DNA of 63,993 bases, the filler included, from Basidioascus undulatus (Eukaryota): NCBI GenBank assembly GCA_000826855.1. It is 6 parts of 6 records of this genome, joined end to end, with 100 filler letters (N's around TTAATTAATTAA, not from the genome) between each part and the next. Parts side by side here need not be neighbours in the genome. Positions count along the whole stretch, not along the records: positions 10,837 to 21,565 come from JTLS01001094.1; positions 21,666 to 32,394 come from JTLS01001095.1; 4 more parts are not named here. The stretch is one strand, 5' to 3'. The position numbers and the translations under genes were made by a program. The notes under the pieces are model-generated. The model was not told where the DNA came from, did not search any database, and saw nothing but the letters and a program-made list of their open reading frames with translations. The first letter of the stretch is position 1; each line of letters starts with the position of its first letter. This document shows, one piece after another, positions 12,468 through 23,818 of the stretch.

Positions 12468-14045
12468 ATGCCTGGATTTGATCGTAAGCTATCTCAACAT
12501 GTGTCAAACTCTCACGCCGGAGCTTCAAAACGATATCGTGGCACATCTGCCCTTTCGTTCACAGATCTCGCTCTCGCTCGTCTGCCAGCCTCTCCGCGCG
12601 CTCGTTGCGCCTGCTCTCTTTTTCTCTCTTCACTTCGACTGGACTCGCAATGGAGAAGTGCCCACTTGCCTCTCTAACCTTTGCCTAAGCGCTATGCGGG
12701 AGAGCGCGCTCCGGGAGCTACGTGTCAAGTGTTGGCGGTCGGTCTCGAACAACGGCAGGCGGCTCAGGAAGAACCGAGATGATGAGCTGACTCATTTCAC
12801 TCTTTGCCTTTACGAGAACGCCCAGCTAAGCTACCTGGCATATTCCAGCTTGCTCGCTCTCCGTCAATGGCCGGACGTCAAGCTCTGCACGTTACACGTA
12901 GAAGACTACGTGTCGGCGCTAGTCGAGGTGCTGAGAGCCCATCAGCCGCTTCTCGAGGAGCTTACGGTTCTGTAAGTAGTATGCTTTCCTCCGTGCAATC
13001 ATCGTCTGCTGAAGCTTTCGGTGCACAGTACAATGCCTTGCGGATGGCGCTCCCTCGCTTCGCTGCCTTTCTTGCGCGTCCTGTACATCGACGACTACTT
13101 TCACAACCCTCCTCCGCGTCTTCCAAAGCCCTACACACCGAACCTCCTGTCCGGTCGGACGTCTCCCTTTCCCTCCCTGCCGCCAACTTCCCACCCGCTG
13201 CGCACCTCCGCCCCGGACTGTCATCCCGGTCCTTCCTGCGCTCGCTCTCGATCAACCAACACATCATCTCATCAGACCTCGACACTTCCATTCCTCACCT
13301 CCTCTTTTCCCACGTTCCGAGGGCTCTAACTCTCACATCGCTCGCGCTCGTCTTGCCTTAACCATCGGCGATTTCGAAGCTGAGCACCTCGCCTCTCTCC
13401 TGGACGCGCACGCCGACGCGTTCCCCTCTCTCGAGCGCTTCAGCATGATCGAAGACTCGCCCGATGAGCAATTGTTCACGTGGTCGGTTCTCGAGGCGTA
13501 CCGGCCGGAGGAACACATCGTCGTGTTTCGCGTCGACCCCTTGGCTGACGTGCTGCGGCGGTTTCTGGGCGGCCAGCGGCTCTGCGATCCCTCACGCTGC
13601 CCCTCAACTCGTTTCTAATGAGCGGGGTGATGCTCGAGGATGCTCGAGAAACGAACACCAGTGCCGTTGACCTTGGTCTTGACGTAGGGGATCTAAGGGG
13701 TGGACGACCTGCATCGCAGAAATCTCCTCGAGTCGACTTCGTTCGCTTAGCATGGTTGCATGCAGAGTTCTAAAAGACGACGAAGTGCCAATGCTTTGTT
13801 TGGGACGCGTTTCCTCTTCGTTGCCTAATGTTTCTTCCGACAGTCCCCACCCATTAAACCATCCAACCTCGCGCCCCTCTCGTACCAACCTCCGCCGTCT
13901 CTCTCTCAGCTTCTGGTCCTATCCTGGAGAGCCCCCCGCCCCCGTTCCACCAGACGAATACCGCGCGGTTCTACCGCAGTTGGAGCGTTTGACGGTCAAC
14001 GAGCGGATGTGGGCGTGGACTCGGGGTTCCGGGAAGTCAGGGTAG
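12468..14045 (+). pseudogene. F-box/LRR-like protein, probably degenerate
   Basis: F-box-like LTPELQNDIVAHLPFRSQISLSLVCQPLRALV followed by LRR-like pieces (LRELRV, LEELTV, LRVLYI, LRSLSI, LRRLSL, LERLTV) in changing frames. Confidence 0.55.
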
Positions 14046-14062
14046 CTCGGTAGAGCCGTAGG

Positions 14063-14115
14063 AGCACGGATGGATGCTTCGTCACCGCAGCACGGCATGG
14101 ATGCTTCGTCACCGC
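14063..14115 (+). repeat. Near-perfect 26-27 bp tandem duplication
   Basis: GCACGGATGGATGCTTCGTCACCGCA followed by GCACGGCATGGATGCTTCGTCACCGCA. Confidence 0.85.
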
Positions 14116-14515
14116 AGGACGGCAGAGCGCAAGAGTGCACTTCGTATGGCGAAATATGAGGCTACGGTGGACAGAGGGAGCAGCTGGGCGCTCAGCACAG
14201 CATGCAGTGATCCTTGACTCGGCCAAGCATCACACCCGTTTATCGTTAAAAGGGACTGTGTTCCTAAGCATTGCATAAACATTCTGCTATGCCGTCAAAG
14301 AAAGGCAGTCTAGATTCTCAAGTCACTAAATGGTCTAACTTTCTTGTTCCACCAAGTTTGCTCTTCTGTGCTCTGCCGCTTGCTGGAAATGAAACCCGCC
14401 TCTTTCTACATATATAGGCTCTATAATAAAATCAGTCCAGTGAGTATTTCCACCAAAAAGAAGGCAAAGGCGCTAAATAGCGTCAAGTCTAAATTGGACA
14501 GGTTCAAAAGGTAAG

Positions 14516-14598
14516 CTCTCTGGCCGGGAATTGAACCCGGGTCGCCCGCGTCACTGTTGAATGACAAGCGGATATACTAGCCACTATACTACCAAAGA
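14516..14598 (-). tRNA. tRNA-Asp(GTC) with an 11-nt canonical intron
   Basis: Reverse strand TCTTTGG-TA-GTATAGTGGCTAGTAT-A-TCCGC-TTGTCA[ttcaacagtga]C-GCGGG-CGAC-CCGGG-TTCAATT-CCCGG-CCAGAGA-G; stems pair and A/B boxes are present. Confidence 0.95.
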
Positions 14599-14813
14599 GT
14601 TGAAAGTGATAACCATTTATATGGTTCCAAAAGCACCGATAAGTCGCACGGAATTAACATGACTCAGGATGCTATCGTTTCCTTCTACTCATCTGTGTAG
14701 CCTCGCACGCATCGCATTTCGCAACCCGGACACTCCCCTTCCTATCCTCACGTACTTCGCATCGCATAGTTACCAAAACTTAGCACTCCACGGTCGCACA
14801 CCACACCGTGCGG

Positions 14814-16248
14814 ATGGCCGCTCCCGAGGTGATGAGGGCTTCCATACGGGCCAGTCACGAGCTGCTGGATGCTATGGAATCATTCACTCCCTACTTCGCG
14901 CTTAGCGACTACCCGAAGAGGTGGGCCACTTACCTCCTCGCGTGGTACAGGGCAGTGCCGGTCAAGGCTATCATCGCAGAGTCCGTACGGGAGGGATATC
15001 TACCCCGTGATGGCAGCTCCATTCTCGTACTCAGAAGGGAAGCTCCCGCGAGGCTCCACCACCACCCCCAGTGTCCAGGCCATCAGTAATGACTTGTATC
15101 ACCACACAGGCCTTGCCAGGGAGGTGGGTACGGCGGCTTTCAGGGACTCCTTCCGACTCGTGGACGCAGGCGTCATCCTGGTGAAGAGAGTGTATGCTAC
15201 CCACACAACACACCCGAGTCTTTTTCATGGAGGCAAGCATGCAGGTAGAGGCTTTGTGTCAACTGCTCCACGCCTCCTCCAACTTCGATGGGGCTCCTGT
15301 GAAACTCATATGCATGGGGGCTGCCGCAAAACGGATGGCTGCCTCTCTCAAGAGTTCGTTCAGGTCCCCCACGATCTACGCCGCGCCCCACCCCGGGTAC
15401 ATCGCGCGTAAGTTCGAGGATCTCAACAGCCAGCAGGCTGTTCCCGACACCGAGAGATTCTCTAGTGCTCTCCGTGAGGCCATTTGCAGCATCACAATCG
15501 ACTCTGCCGCCCCCGGATCTATGTCACGTTCTTCAGCAGCTGACGAGGTCCGTAAGCGCACCACTCTTGACATAGCCAACAGTTGCAGTGCCGCACTCAC
15601 CGACGCTGCCCTGAGTGGTGATCACCTTGAAGTTCACCTCAAGAGACTAGTCATCGCTGCCGAGGGTTCAGGGAACCCCGAGCTGGCGGCTACCGCGAAG
15701 GGGCTTGTCGAGGCGATGAACGGGTGGAAGAGGGACATCCTTACCACTGCGAAGCGCATCCAGTACGCCGACTACTCCGTGGCTTCGTCCGCTGCGTCTA
15801 CGATAGGCGCCCGCCCGGGTCCCAACATCAGCCACGTCCAGGCTGCTGCTCCCACTGGTAGTATGTACTCAGGCGGTGCCCCTCAGAGCAGCCGCGGCAG
15901 CCGGCCCCAGTCAAGTCGCGTACCATGTCCCTTCCTCCTGAGGATCAGTCTACCACACCTTAGACTCTTACGAAGAGGTCTACTGCTACGTCCCTGACCA
16001 GGACGCCTGCCTCGCCGCCGCGCCCGCAGCCGGCTAAGAGGGGTGGTCTTGGGTTCTCGATCTCGCCATTCGGAGCCGGTGCCGCGCCGCCTGCCAGGGC
16101 CTCTGCCTCCCCTAAGCCCGAGCGCATCGAGATAGAGGAGTCCGACATGCCCAGCCTTAAGGTGCTGAGGGACGCCATCGAGGAGATCGCTACCATGCAT
16201 CAGGGAGACCCTGCTTATGCGGAGCGGGCGGCGCGGGCGGGGCTGTAG
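14814..16248 (+). pseudogene. Intronless, frameshifted, divergent uracil-DNA glycosylase (UNG-fold)-like gene with a long C-terminal extension; candidate endogenous viral/extrachromosomal element
   Basis: Joining frames gives, in UNG order, GRDIYP, AAPFSY, TPSVQAISNDL, AGVILV, KLICMG and IYAAPHPGY; three apparent frameshifts and one in-frame TAG; no evident introns over about 1.4 kb. Confidence 0.6.
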
Positions 16249-16845
16249 TGGGGTTTTGGGGAGGGTATGCAGCAGGGTTAGGGTATAGCGAATAGGGAGG
16301 GGTAACATGCCAGCGGTGTTTAGACACAACAGCGGGTGAACTACATGGTGATACAGAGGATTAGGGATGCTACTGACCGCAGTGGACTCGTACTTACTTC
16401 TTGGTGCCGCCACCGTTTGAGGCCTACCCTAAGCCAGACCTCTTCTCAACGATGTGGATGCAAGCTCCCTCATTTTCTGATACTTAGGTTTGCGGAAAAG
16501 ACCCATATTCTTTCGTTCTTTCTCTACTGCAATGCACACGTTGACCCAGCAGCGCCTCTTGTCTGACTCAAATGGCTTGAATACGCGTAATGCCGGTATG
16601 CCACCGAAGGAGATCAAACCCAGCCCGCCACAATCGAGGCCTTTCTGTAATACGCTGTTTCGACAGTGTGTTTTGGTCTTCTGATACTACGAGGACGGTG
16701 CCTGGGCTCAATCCTGTTCAGCATTGGTTTCCTGACACCGTCACTCGACTGAAATGCACACACGCCATTCACCCGGGCAACGGGATTTCACACCACAGCG
16801 AGCAAAGAGTTTTGGGCAGCATTCCACAAGGGAACATCAATGCCT

Positions 16846-18899
16846 TCAACACGCCTTGGAGGGGTCGTCCCACCCCCGTGAAACACCAGTGCCGACGAGC
16901 TCGAGGTCCGAGGCGTCCGCGTCCGAAGGGACGTAGGCAAATTTCCTGTCCCAGTACCCGTTGCGCTCCCCCTCACCATCCAAGTCGAAGTCGACTTCTT
17001 GCTGCTTGACGATCGTGATCTGACCCGGTGGCAGACGACTCGTGGACACGGCCCCGAGTGCAACGCTCACTGCGCGGCTGCGGGTGGTCGAGCGGTCGAG
17101 GCTGGGGAGCGAAGCGTAAGAAGGTGAGGTGAGCTCGTGCAAGCATGAATGGAACGATACCCGTTGTCGAGGCCGTAGCACCGCAGGTCAACCATCGCGC
17201 GGCAAGAGAGGATTACGCTGAAAGTGAATTGGGGAACCTACGAGGGCGGCCGTCAGAGGTCCGAAATAGTACTGACGCGGTTTTTAGGGCATACCATAGT
17301 AACGAGCTTGTAAATACGTTTGAGTGAGCTGGTGCAGACGAGGCTTTACAGGTTCAGGAACCGGTACACTCACATTCATCTGGCGGGTAGTCACGGTGCC
17401 GCCACGTCAGCCCGTGCATAGGAGGTCAAAATAAAAACCAGAGACGAACAAGTGAGTTTAAGTTAAGTATTTCGAAAACGAGCGTGAGGATGTTGAGCAA
17501 TAGGACGACGAGGAAGTATCCCTGCGAGGAGCACGATTTCAGTTTGTGTCGCAGTGCGGGTCAGCCCAGTCTCCCTTACCATCCCATCCCGAATGAGTAG
17601 TGCTTGCACCCCGGAGAAGTGTGACGACCGCCCAGTCCGCCCATAAATTAGACGGTACATGGTCACGACGGTGACAAACGCATCGTAAAAGACGGCTACG
17701 TCGGACCGAACTCAGTACTGCTTCAGGCGCTCTGCAGATGGTTGACATCGCTCACTGTAGGCCACAGCAGCTGCGGCGTCGAGTTGGAGTCAGCACTTCT
17801 GTAGAATCGGGCCATGGGTACTCCGCACATAGCTCGAGTGTACGTACCAAGCGTTGCGGACCAGTTGATTGTGGTAATACTGCACATCTGCTGGGACGGT
17901 ACCCAGACGGCCGTAGGAAGGGAGATATCTGGCGCAAGTAGAACACGTAAGAAGAGCCGGGAGTGGGCGCCCTCCAGTGACCGCCCAACGTACTCCAAGC
18001 CCACTGGCGCATGCGAAGTCAGCGCGCGCCCAGATGTGCACCAGTGCCACCCATTGTTTGTCTTAACTCACCAGCGCGAGCTGTCCCAGAAGAAGCACGA
18101 AGAGGAGAGCGACGACTACGGCGTTCCCTTTCCAGAGCGCAAGAGCTCTACGAAGGACACTCAATCCGAGCCCATTCTCGCACGTAAGAAACAACGCGTA
18201 CCGCAGCGTGAAGATGCCGCTCGAGCAGGACGACATGATCATCGCGCCGACGACTACGGTCTGGGCGTCTCGGGGGGAAGTCTCAGGAGCTGCCAGTTCG
18301 GGAACCTGAACGGAAGGTACGCACGATGAGCGCGCCTTGGGAAGCGGAGCTGAAAGTTCAGCCGCGCGGCGGAGAAGTTGGACACCGGTGCTCACCTTGG
18401 CAGTCGATCTCGCTCTGGCAACGCGCCGATGTCAGCATGACGAGCACGTCGATGTCGATATCCATACATGAGGACTAACCCTGGATTTGAGCATCGCTGC
18501 CCAAGACGTCTTGTCAGTCCCCCAGACTGCGGTAGCAGCGAAACGACGCAAGAACCCACCGAGTAAAGCGATCAAGGCCATCATGAGCGCCGCTCTGTTC
18601 AGGTAGTAGATAGCAAGCGGCCATTGCAGTTGGACTTTGCCCCTAATCAGACGCATCTCGAACTTGGTCGTGCAGAGGATATCCCAGACGCAGATGCCCT
18701 GCGTGTGCCAGTTCGCAATGTCAGCCCCTCATACTGTCAGGGACAGCAATGCAAGGCGGAAACGTACAGCACAAGCTGCTACAATTCCGTAGAGGGCATC
18801 TGCTTATTCAAGTCAGCATGCGCTGTAGAAGTCTTCCGAAACGATACGGTAGGCACCTTTGTCCTTCAATAGCTGCTCGGGGCTGTGCCAATCTGTCAT
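16846..18899 (-). CDS. Basidiomycete DUF6533-like multi-TM membrane protein, multi-exon, integrity uncertain
   Basis: MTDWHSPEQLLKDK start; WDILCTTKFEMRLIRGKVQLQWPLAIYYLNR; SSGIFTLR|ALALWKGNAVVVALL; LLIRDG; hydrophilic C-terminal tail. Confidence 0.6.
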
Positions 18900-18959
18900 G
18901 CTGTCCCGATTAGGCTGCGTCCCAACGCTTGATTTCTGTAAAGAGAGTGTGGGGGACCG

Positions 18960-21250
18960 TGAACAAGAGTAGTCAATGAGTTGAAGGAAGAAGCGAAGTC
19001 GACAGCAGTCGCTCACAGTGCATTTTCACGGTCACGTTCAGGAGCTCGAAGACCGACACTGGTTGAAGCTGGTCACGAGGACGTGTGGAGGGTTTGGAGG
19101 CATCCCAGTCCGTGGGAAGCTTTAGCGGCATACCAAGCCCTCGAGCTGCTGAGCGACTTTCCATTATTAAAAGAAGCTTATCAGGACTGCCGTGTCTCCT
19201 TAAGGCGCTCACTACCGGCTATGACCGAAGACAAGACCGGCTGCTGGAATCTCCTGACATTGCTGCAGCTGGTGCATACAGATGGAAATTGTGGCAGTGG
19301 GCTGCAGCCGTACTGGTTCATGGCTGCGTCCTTTCACATGTCAATGAGCGCACAACTGGATGCTTCTGGCTTCGACGGGTGCAGCTGACCTAAGCCCGAG
19401 CGTTAGCCTTTGTGAGGAACCAAGAGGAACCGGCGATGATGGTGGCTGCAGGCGATCATCGTTGCCGGCTCCCTTCTTCGATTAATGAGGACACGGGCCC
19501 GTCTCGATTAATGAGGACACGGGCCCGTCTCGGTAACGATTCGATGAGATCAGCATTGTGGAGAATGTAGAGGATAGCCGAGAGCGGGGAGAGGAGCCTT
19601 GCGGCACTCCCACCGGCGCAGGGATGTCCCCGAGAGAATCCCGGTGAATCGGATGGCTGTTTTGCGATTAGCAAGGAACGAAGCAGAATTCGTAGTATTG
19701 GGAGAGGGAGGTTGCCTTTTTAATGTTCTCCAGCAGTTTCATGGAAGACAAGTGTTGAAGGCGCCCTCGGTGTCAAGGGCAAGCCCTCCAAATCCTCGTT
19801 GAAGGGAGCTGGGTAGTGACCTGCTGTCATCGCACTGAGAAGAGAAGGACCGCGAAGGTGTTTCCATCCGCTTATGGACGATTCGGGCCGTGAGGCCATC
19901 CCGTCCTGTCGCCTTGTTGTGCGCCATGAACATTACTGCTTCATCCAGTCCATGGAGCCGGGTTCCAGGGAAGACATGGATGATGAGTAGTTATCGAGCG
20001 GGTTCAGTGTTCACGGGTGGGTGATGATCATCGACTACGAAATTCGCCCGGAAGACCTCCGCCTGTTCCTCCAGGGTTACCACGTATGTCCCGTCGGGAC
20101 GCTCGATGGGAGGAAAGATGGTGCTAGACGAGCTTTTATTAATAATGTACTGGGGTGAAGTAAAAGCGAAGGAGGTGAGGATGGATGGGTAAGTGGTCTG
20201 AATTATGCTCATCGCCAGGGGATCACCAAAAATTTGACGAGTAGGTCTGTAGCTGCATTGTCAGCAAATACGAGGTCCAAGTCATTTCAGTGCCATGAGG
20301 ATGTATGTCTGGACTCGGCTCGGTGAGGCGAGCTCGAGCCCGTGAGAAGCCGCTGTGAAGAGAAGGTCCTCCGATCCATCGTCGTTGAGGCAGAACCCGC
20401 GGGGTTCCGAAAGTCGTTGTGGTTGGTGAATTCACCCATGACGGACATGGTCCACCGTCCCCTCGAGGAAACGAAACAGTATCAAACAGTGAGCGAAAGG
20501 GCGCAAGGGAAGAGAAAGAATCGGGAAGGGGGGGGGGTTGTTATACACGTTGATCAGCGAAGCTACGCGGTCGTCAACGGTGATTTGATTAAGATTATGC
20601 AGATATCTTGGGATGGCGATTGACGTAGGTGGATGTTGGACGGGGATATACGTTTGTTGATGTGAATTGCCGTTCGAAAGCGGTTGGGAGGGTCTGCGTC
20701 AGGTTGTAAGAGAGGAAGGAACGTGTACCAATGTGCGTGAGGTAGTGTATCAAGCGAGTCTTAAATTAGCACTGGTTCCTGTAAAAAGTGCGTCGAACAT
20801 GGATGTAGAAGAGTCATTAAATAGGGACTGTTGGTCGATCGGTGAGTGTCGGACGTTATACGGTTGAGACGTTGAGAGCAACTTCAGGACAGAGAATAAG
20901 ATTCCCTCGGCCCAGCGCCGCACTCCTTGCGCATTGCGATGCCTCCTTCCAGTTGGGGAAGGACTTTGAGGGGGCGCGGTGGTCACCGCCGCAGAGTGTA
21001 AAGGATGGGCCTGACTGGGAATTGAACCTTGGAGGACCTCTCCCAGACATGCGACCGCATGGGCTTCGCGCGCCGAAGGGAAAATCGTACGACTAGACAT
21101 CAGGCTGATGACCGAGCGATAGTATTCTAAATAAGCGAGCAGGGTTGAGTTTGCTGTGAGCGAGTTGCAACAACGACCGGCGGCGCGAGCTCGCGGAAAA
21201 GAAGAGGTGGTCGCCGCTATAGTCAAGCCAGTAAAAATTCAAGGACAGCA
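18960..21250 (-). mobile_element. Degenerate Tad1-like LINE (non-LTR retrotransposon) relic; boundaries approximate
   Basis: In order on the minus strand: gag-knuckle-like LCGGDHRAPSK, APE endonuclease start QPYNVRHS...FDALFxQEP, RT pieces NKATGRDGL, LALDTEGAFN and LSPLSAILYILHNADL; many stops and frameshifts. Confidence 0.75.
19478..19532 (+). repeat. Perfect 26-bp tandem duplication inside the LINE relic
   Basis: TCGATTAATGAGGACACGGGCCCGTC x2 plus TCG. Confidence 0.9.
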
Positions 21251-21565
21251 TGAATGTATGGTTAGACTTGCATAACATAACTTGCTGGTTTCTTGCGCAT
21301 AAAAGACATATTAGCAGCCCGTAAACCACGTGCAAAGTATTCGTCCGCAAGCAAGGCTGACGCCCTCAAATGCAGATGCCGCGTTCCGCCTACCTGCGTC
21401 CGACCAAAAGACGGATAGGCGGTATGCGATGGATCGCTGGCGGGTGCTTAGGCGAACCCAGAGTTACATGAGCTTCAGACAACTGTAATACATCAGCTTC
21501 AGCAGCATCTCTATTGCATTAGCTTAGGGCATCTATGTCACATCGTTTCAGCGTCTGCATGAGCT

Positions 21566-21665
21566 NNNNNNNNNNNNNNNNNNNNNNNNNNNNNNNNNNN
21601 NNNNNNNNNTTAATTAATTAANNNNNNNNNNNNNNNNNNNNNNNNNNNNNNNNNNNNNNNNNNNN
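21566..21665. other. Artificial contig linker
   Basis: N44-TTAATTAATTAA-N44. Confidence 0.98.
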
Positions 21666-22033
21666 CCCTCCCTTTTCCCATGCCTCTTCTCCTTTCTCCC
21701 CTCTCCGACTTTCCCCATCCCCTGCCCTCCCTCCTCTCCTCGCACCTCTTCCACCCCCGCCCAGCCTCCTCACTCCCCCCATCGATCCGCACAAACTACG
21801 CACTCTCCACCAAGCCCGACGCGCCCTTCCCGCTTCTCTCGCTCGGCGAACACTCAACCCTCGGGACGCCGGCGTGGTTCCTCCACCCGTGCGAGACGGC
21901 CGCGGCGCTGGCAGAGATTGGTGGGGCGGCGGGGGCGGAGGACATGGGAGGGGAAGGGCCACGTGGAGAGGGGAGAAGGTACTTGGAAGCGTGGTTGATG
22001 CTCGTTGGGAGCGTGTTGGATCTGCGTTGTTAG
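21666..22033 (+). CDS. ATG10: Autophagy E2-like enzyme Atg10, C-terminal part only
   Basis: FPLLSLGEHSTLGTPAWFLHPCET (catalytic HPC) and C-terminal RYLEAWLMLVGSVL. Confidence 0.8.
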
Positions 22034-23818
22034 GGCGAGCTGAACAGGCGTTTATTCAACGCCGCAGCGCTGTTGCCTGTCTTCAGTCCTTGAAATCCCT
22101 ACAAGATCATTGGGCTGAGGATCTACGGAGAAAAAGATCTCTTACACTCCCTCCGATGTGGAGCAAGGCTCTCTGATGAACTGCCGTGATGGGTGCAACC
22201 AAGTGGGCAGAGGCAGTGCGCCAACCGCAGGAACGTGACCATCAGTACGCTCCCGATTCCTACTTCAAGTGAAGCTACATAAAGGTACCTTTTTAAAAAT
22301 TGGGCTCAGTCGTCGCAGTCTCCTTTCTGAGAGCATTCGGGGCTTGAGAACTGGGGGAGTTGAGCACTGGCAGCTGACCGCTGGGTCGCACTCCCGCACG
22401 TGCTCTCCCACCGCCCACCACCTTGGAATGGCCACTAGAGGTTCTGATTTGGATAGCTATGTATCTCTTCTCACCAGTATGATCGAACAGCAGATCGCTT
22501 TCTGTTTGCGGAAACGCGAGCGTGCGAGGGGGACATGGGGGAGGAGGGACGGCACCGAGCTGGGGTGTACCATACGAAATCACAAGTAAGCCTGAAACCC
22601 TAGTAGCAAGTCTGTGAAAAGGCTAATGGGTTGAGGGGACAGGTGCGATGACAGGGTGGCAATGATGGGAGAAAAAGATGCGAACCCACCTTCACTGGGT
22701 GCTGATACGATTTCTGCCACTCTAGTGAAAACCAATGAATAGGATCATAAACACGGAAAGAACATACAAAGTAAGTTCAGGACGTGCAGTGTGCGTGTAT
22801 TACAGTTACTACCGCGTTCTGTCACAGGCACAAAGCGAGAACTTGCGGTTGCCTGCTTCATCCGAGCGACCGCCTTCTATCGAAGTTCATTACTGCCTCA
22901 GCTGGTTCAGGTACTACATTTTGTAGTTTCTGGAAAGGCCCGGGCTAGTCTGAAACACAGCAAAGCGTCCCACGGAACTCGGTAGACCGTAGAGGTCGTC
23001 GACATGAATGCGTGCCGTGACAATGGACTCGTCCCCTTGGTGTCGTGTGGGAATAACAAGGCTCTTGGATTATATAAAGATGCTTAGTTTTCCTCACGAA
23101 ATCCTCCCTGAGGCGTTGCCCCGGCCGGGAGGGCGGTTAAGGAGAGCAGTGGACACGGCGTCCAGATGTCACGGTGTGCGCAACTTAGCTCGACCATCAT
23201 ACCGGGTATCACATGCCCCTTTCCTCGAAAGAGTCAGCTTCCATGAGGACTTCATGAGCAGCCGCTGTGTTCCATCATCCTCGACTAATGAAGCCGCCCG
23301 GCAGTCGCTCCACTCAACGAGCGCCACTCACCAGAAGCCTTCGCAACCTTTCCGACGGACACAAGACACAGATAGAGACCATTATGAGTACAGGCCTTGA
23401 TAGCGGCGATGGAAGAACCGGTGGAAAAACCACCTTAGTCGGGGCCTGGGGTGTACAGTTATGGAGCGGGCATATCGACTACGAGCAATGCTTTAAGATA
23501 TGTTAATCTGAAAGAAAGATGTACAGCGCAATCGGGAGGACATTGGCTGGTTAGTTGAGAAAGTGAACACTGCATTGGGACGCGGAGAAGAGGCTCGGCC
23601 CCGAAATCTGATAAGCGGCAAATCGTTCACGCCGGGGAGATTTCAAGACTCCTAATAAATTGTACAGTAAGCGATATCGGCCCTAACCGGCACGACTATG
23701 ACTTCACGCCCTCCACTCTTCAAGCTCCCCTCGCTTTGCCGACGCCTTCCTTCTCACCTCCATCATCACCAACACTCCATATCGCATTTCTCATCGCCAC
23801 ATCCACATCTACATCCAA

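Noticed and set aside
14063..14115. CRISPR-like array
   Set aside because: Only two adjacent copies with no spacers, in a eukaryotic context.
8017..16248. MKT1 (linked to dsRNA satellite maintenance in yeast) near the putative viral UDG-like relic as an antiviral locus
   Set aside because: They are on different contigs separated by an artificial linker.
18960..21250. RIP-like hypermutation of the LINE and pseudogenes
   Set aside because: Lower GC is visible, but a directional mutation bias cannot be shown without alignments to other copies.
22269..23506. Short ORFs between ATG10 and ISU1, including an F-box-like MLSFPHEIL snippet
   Set aside because: Too short and degenerate to support a call.
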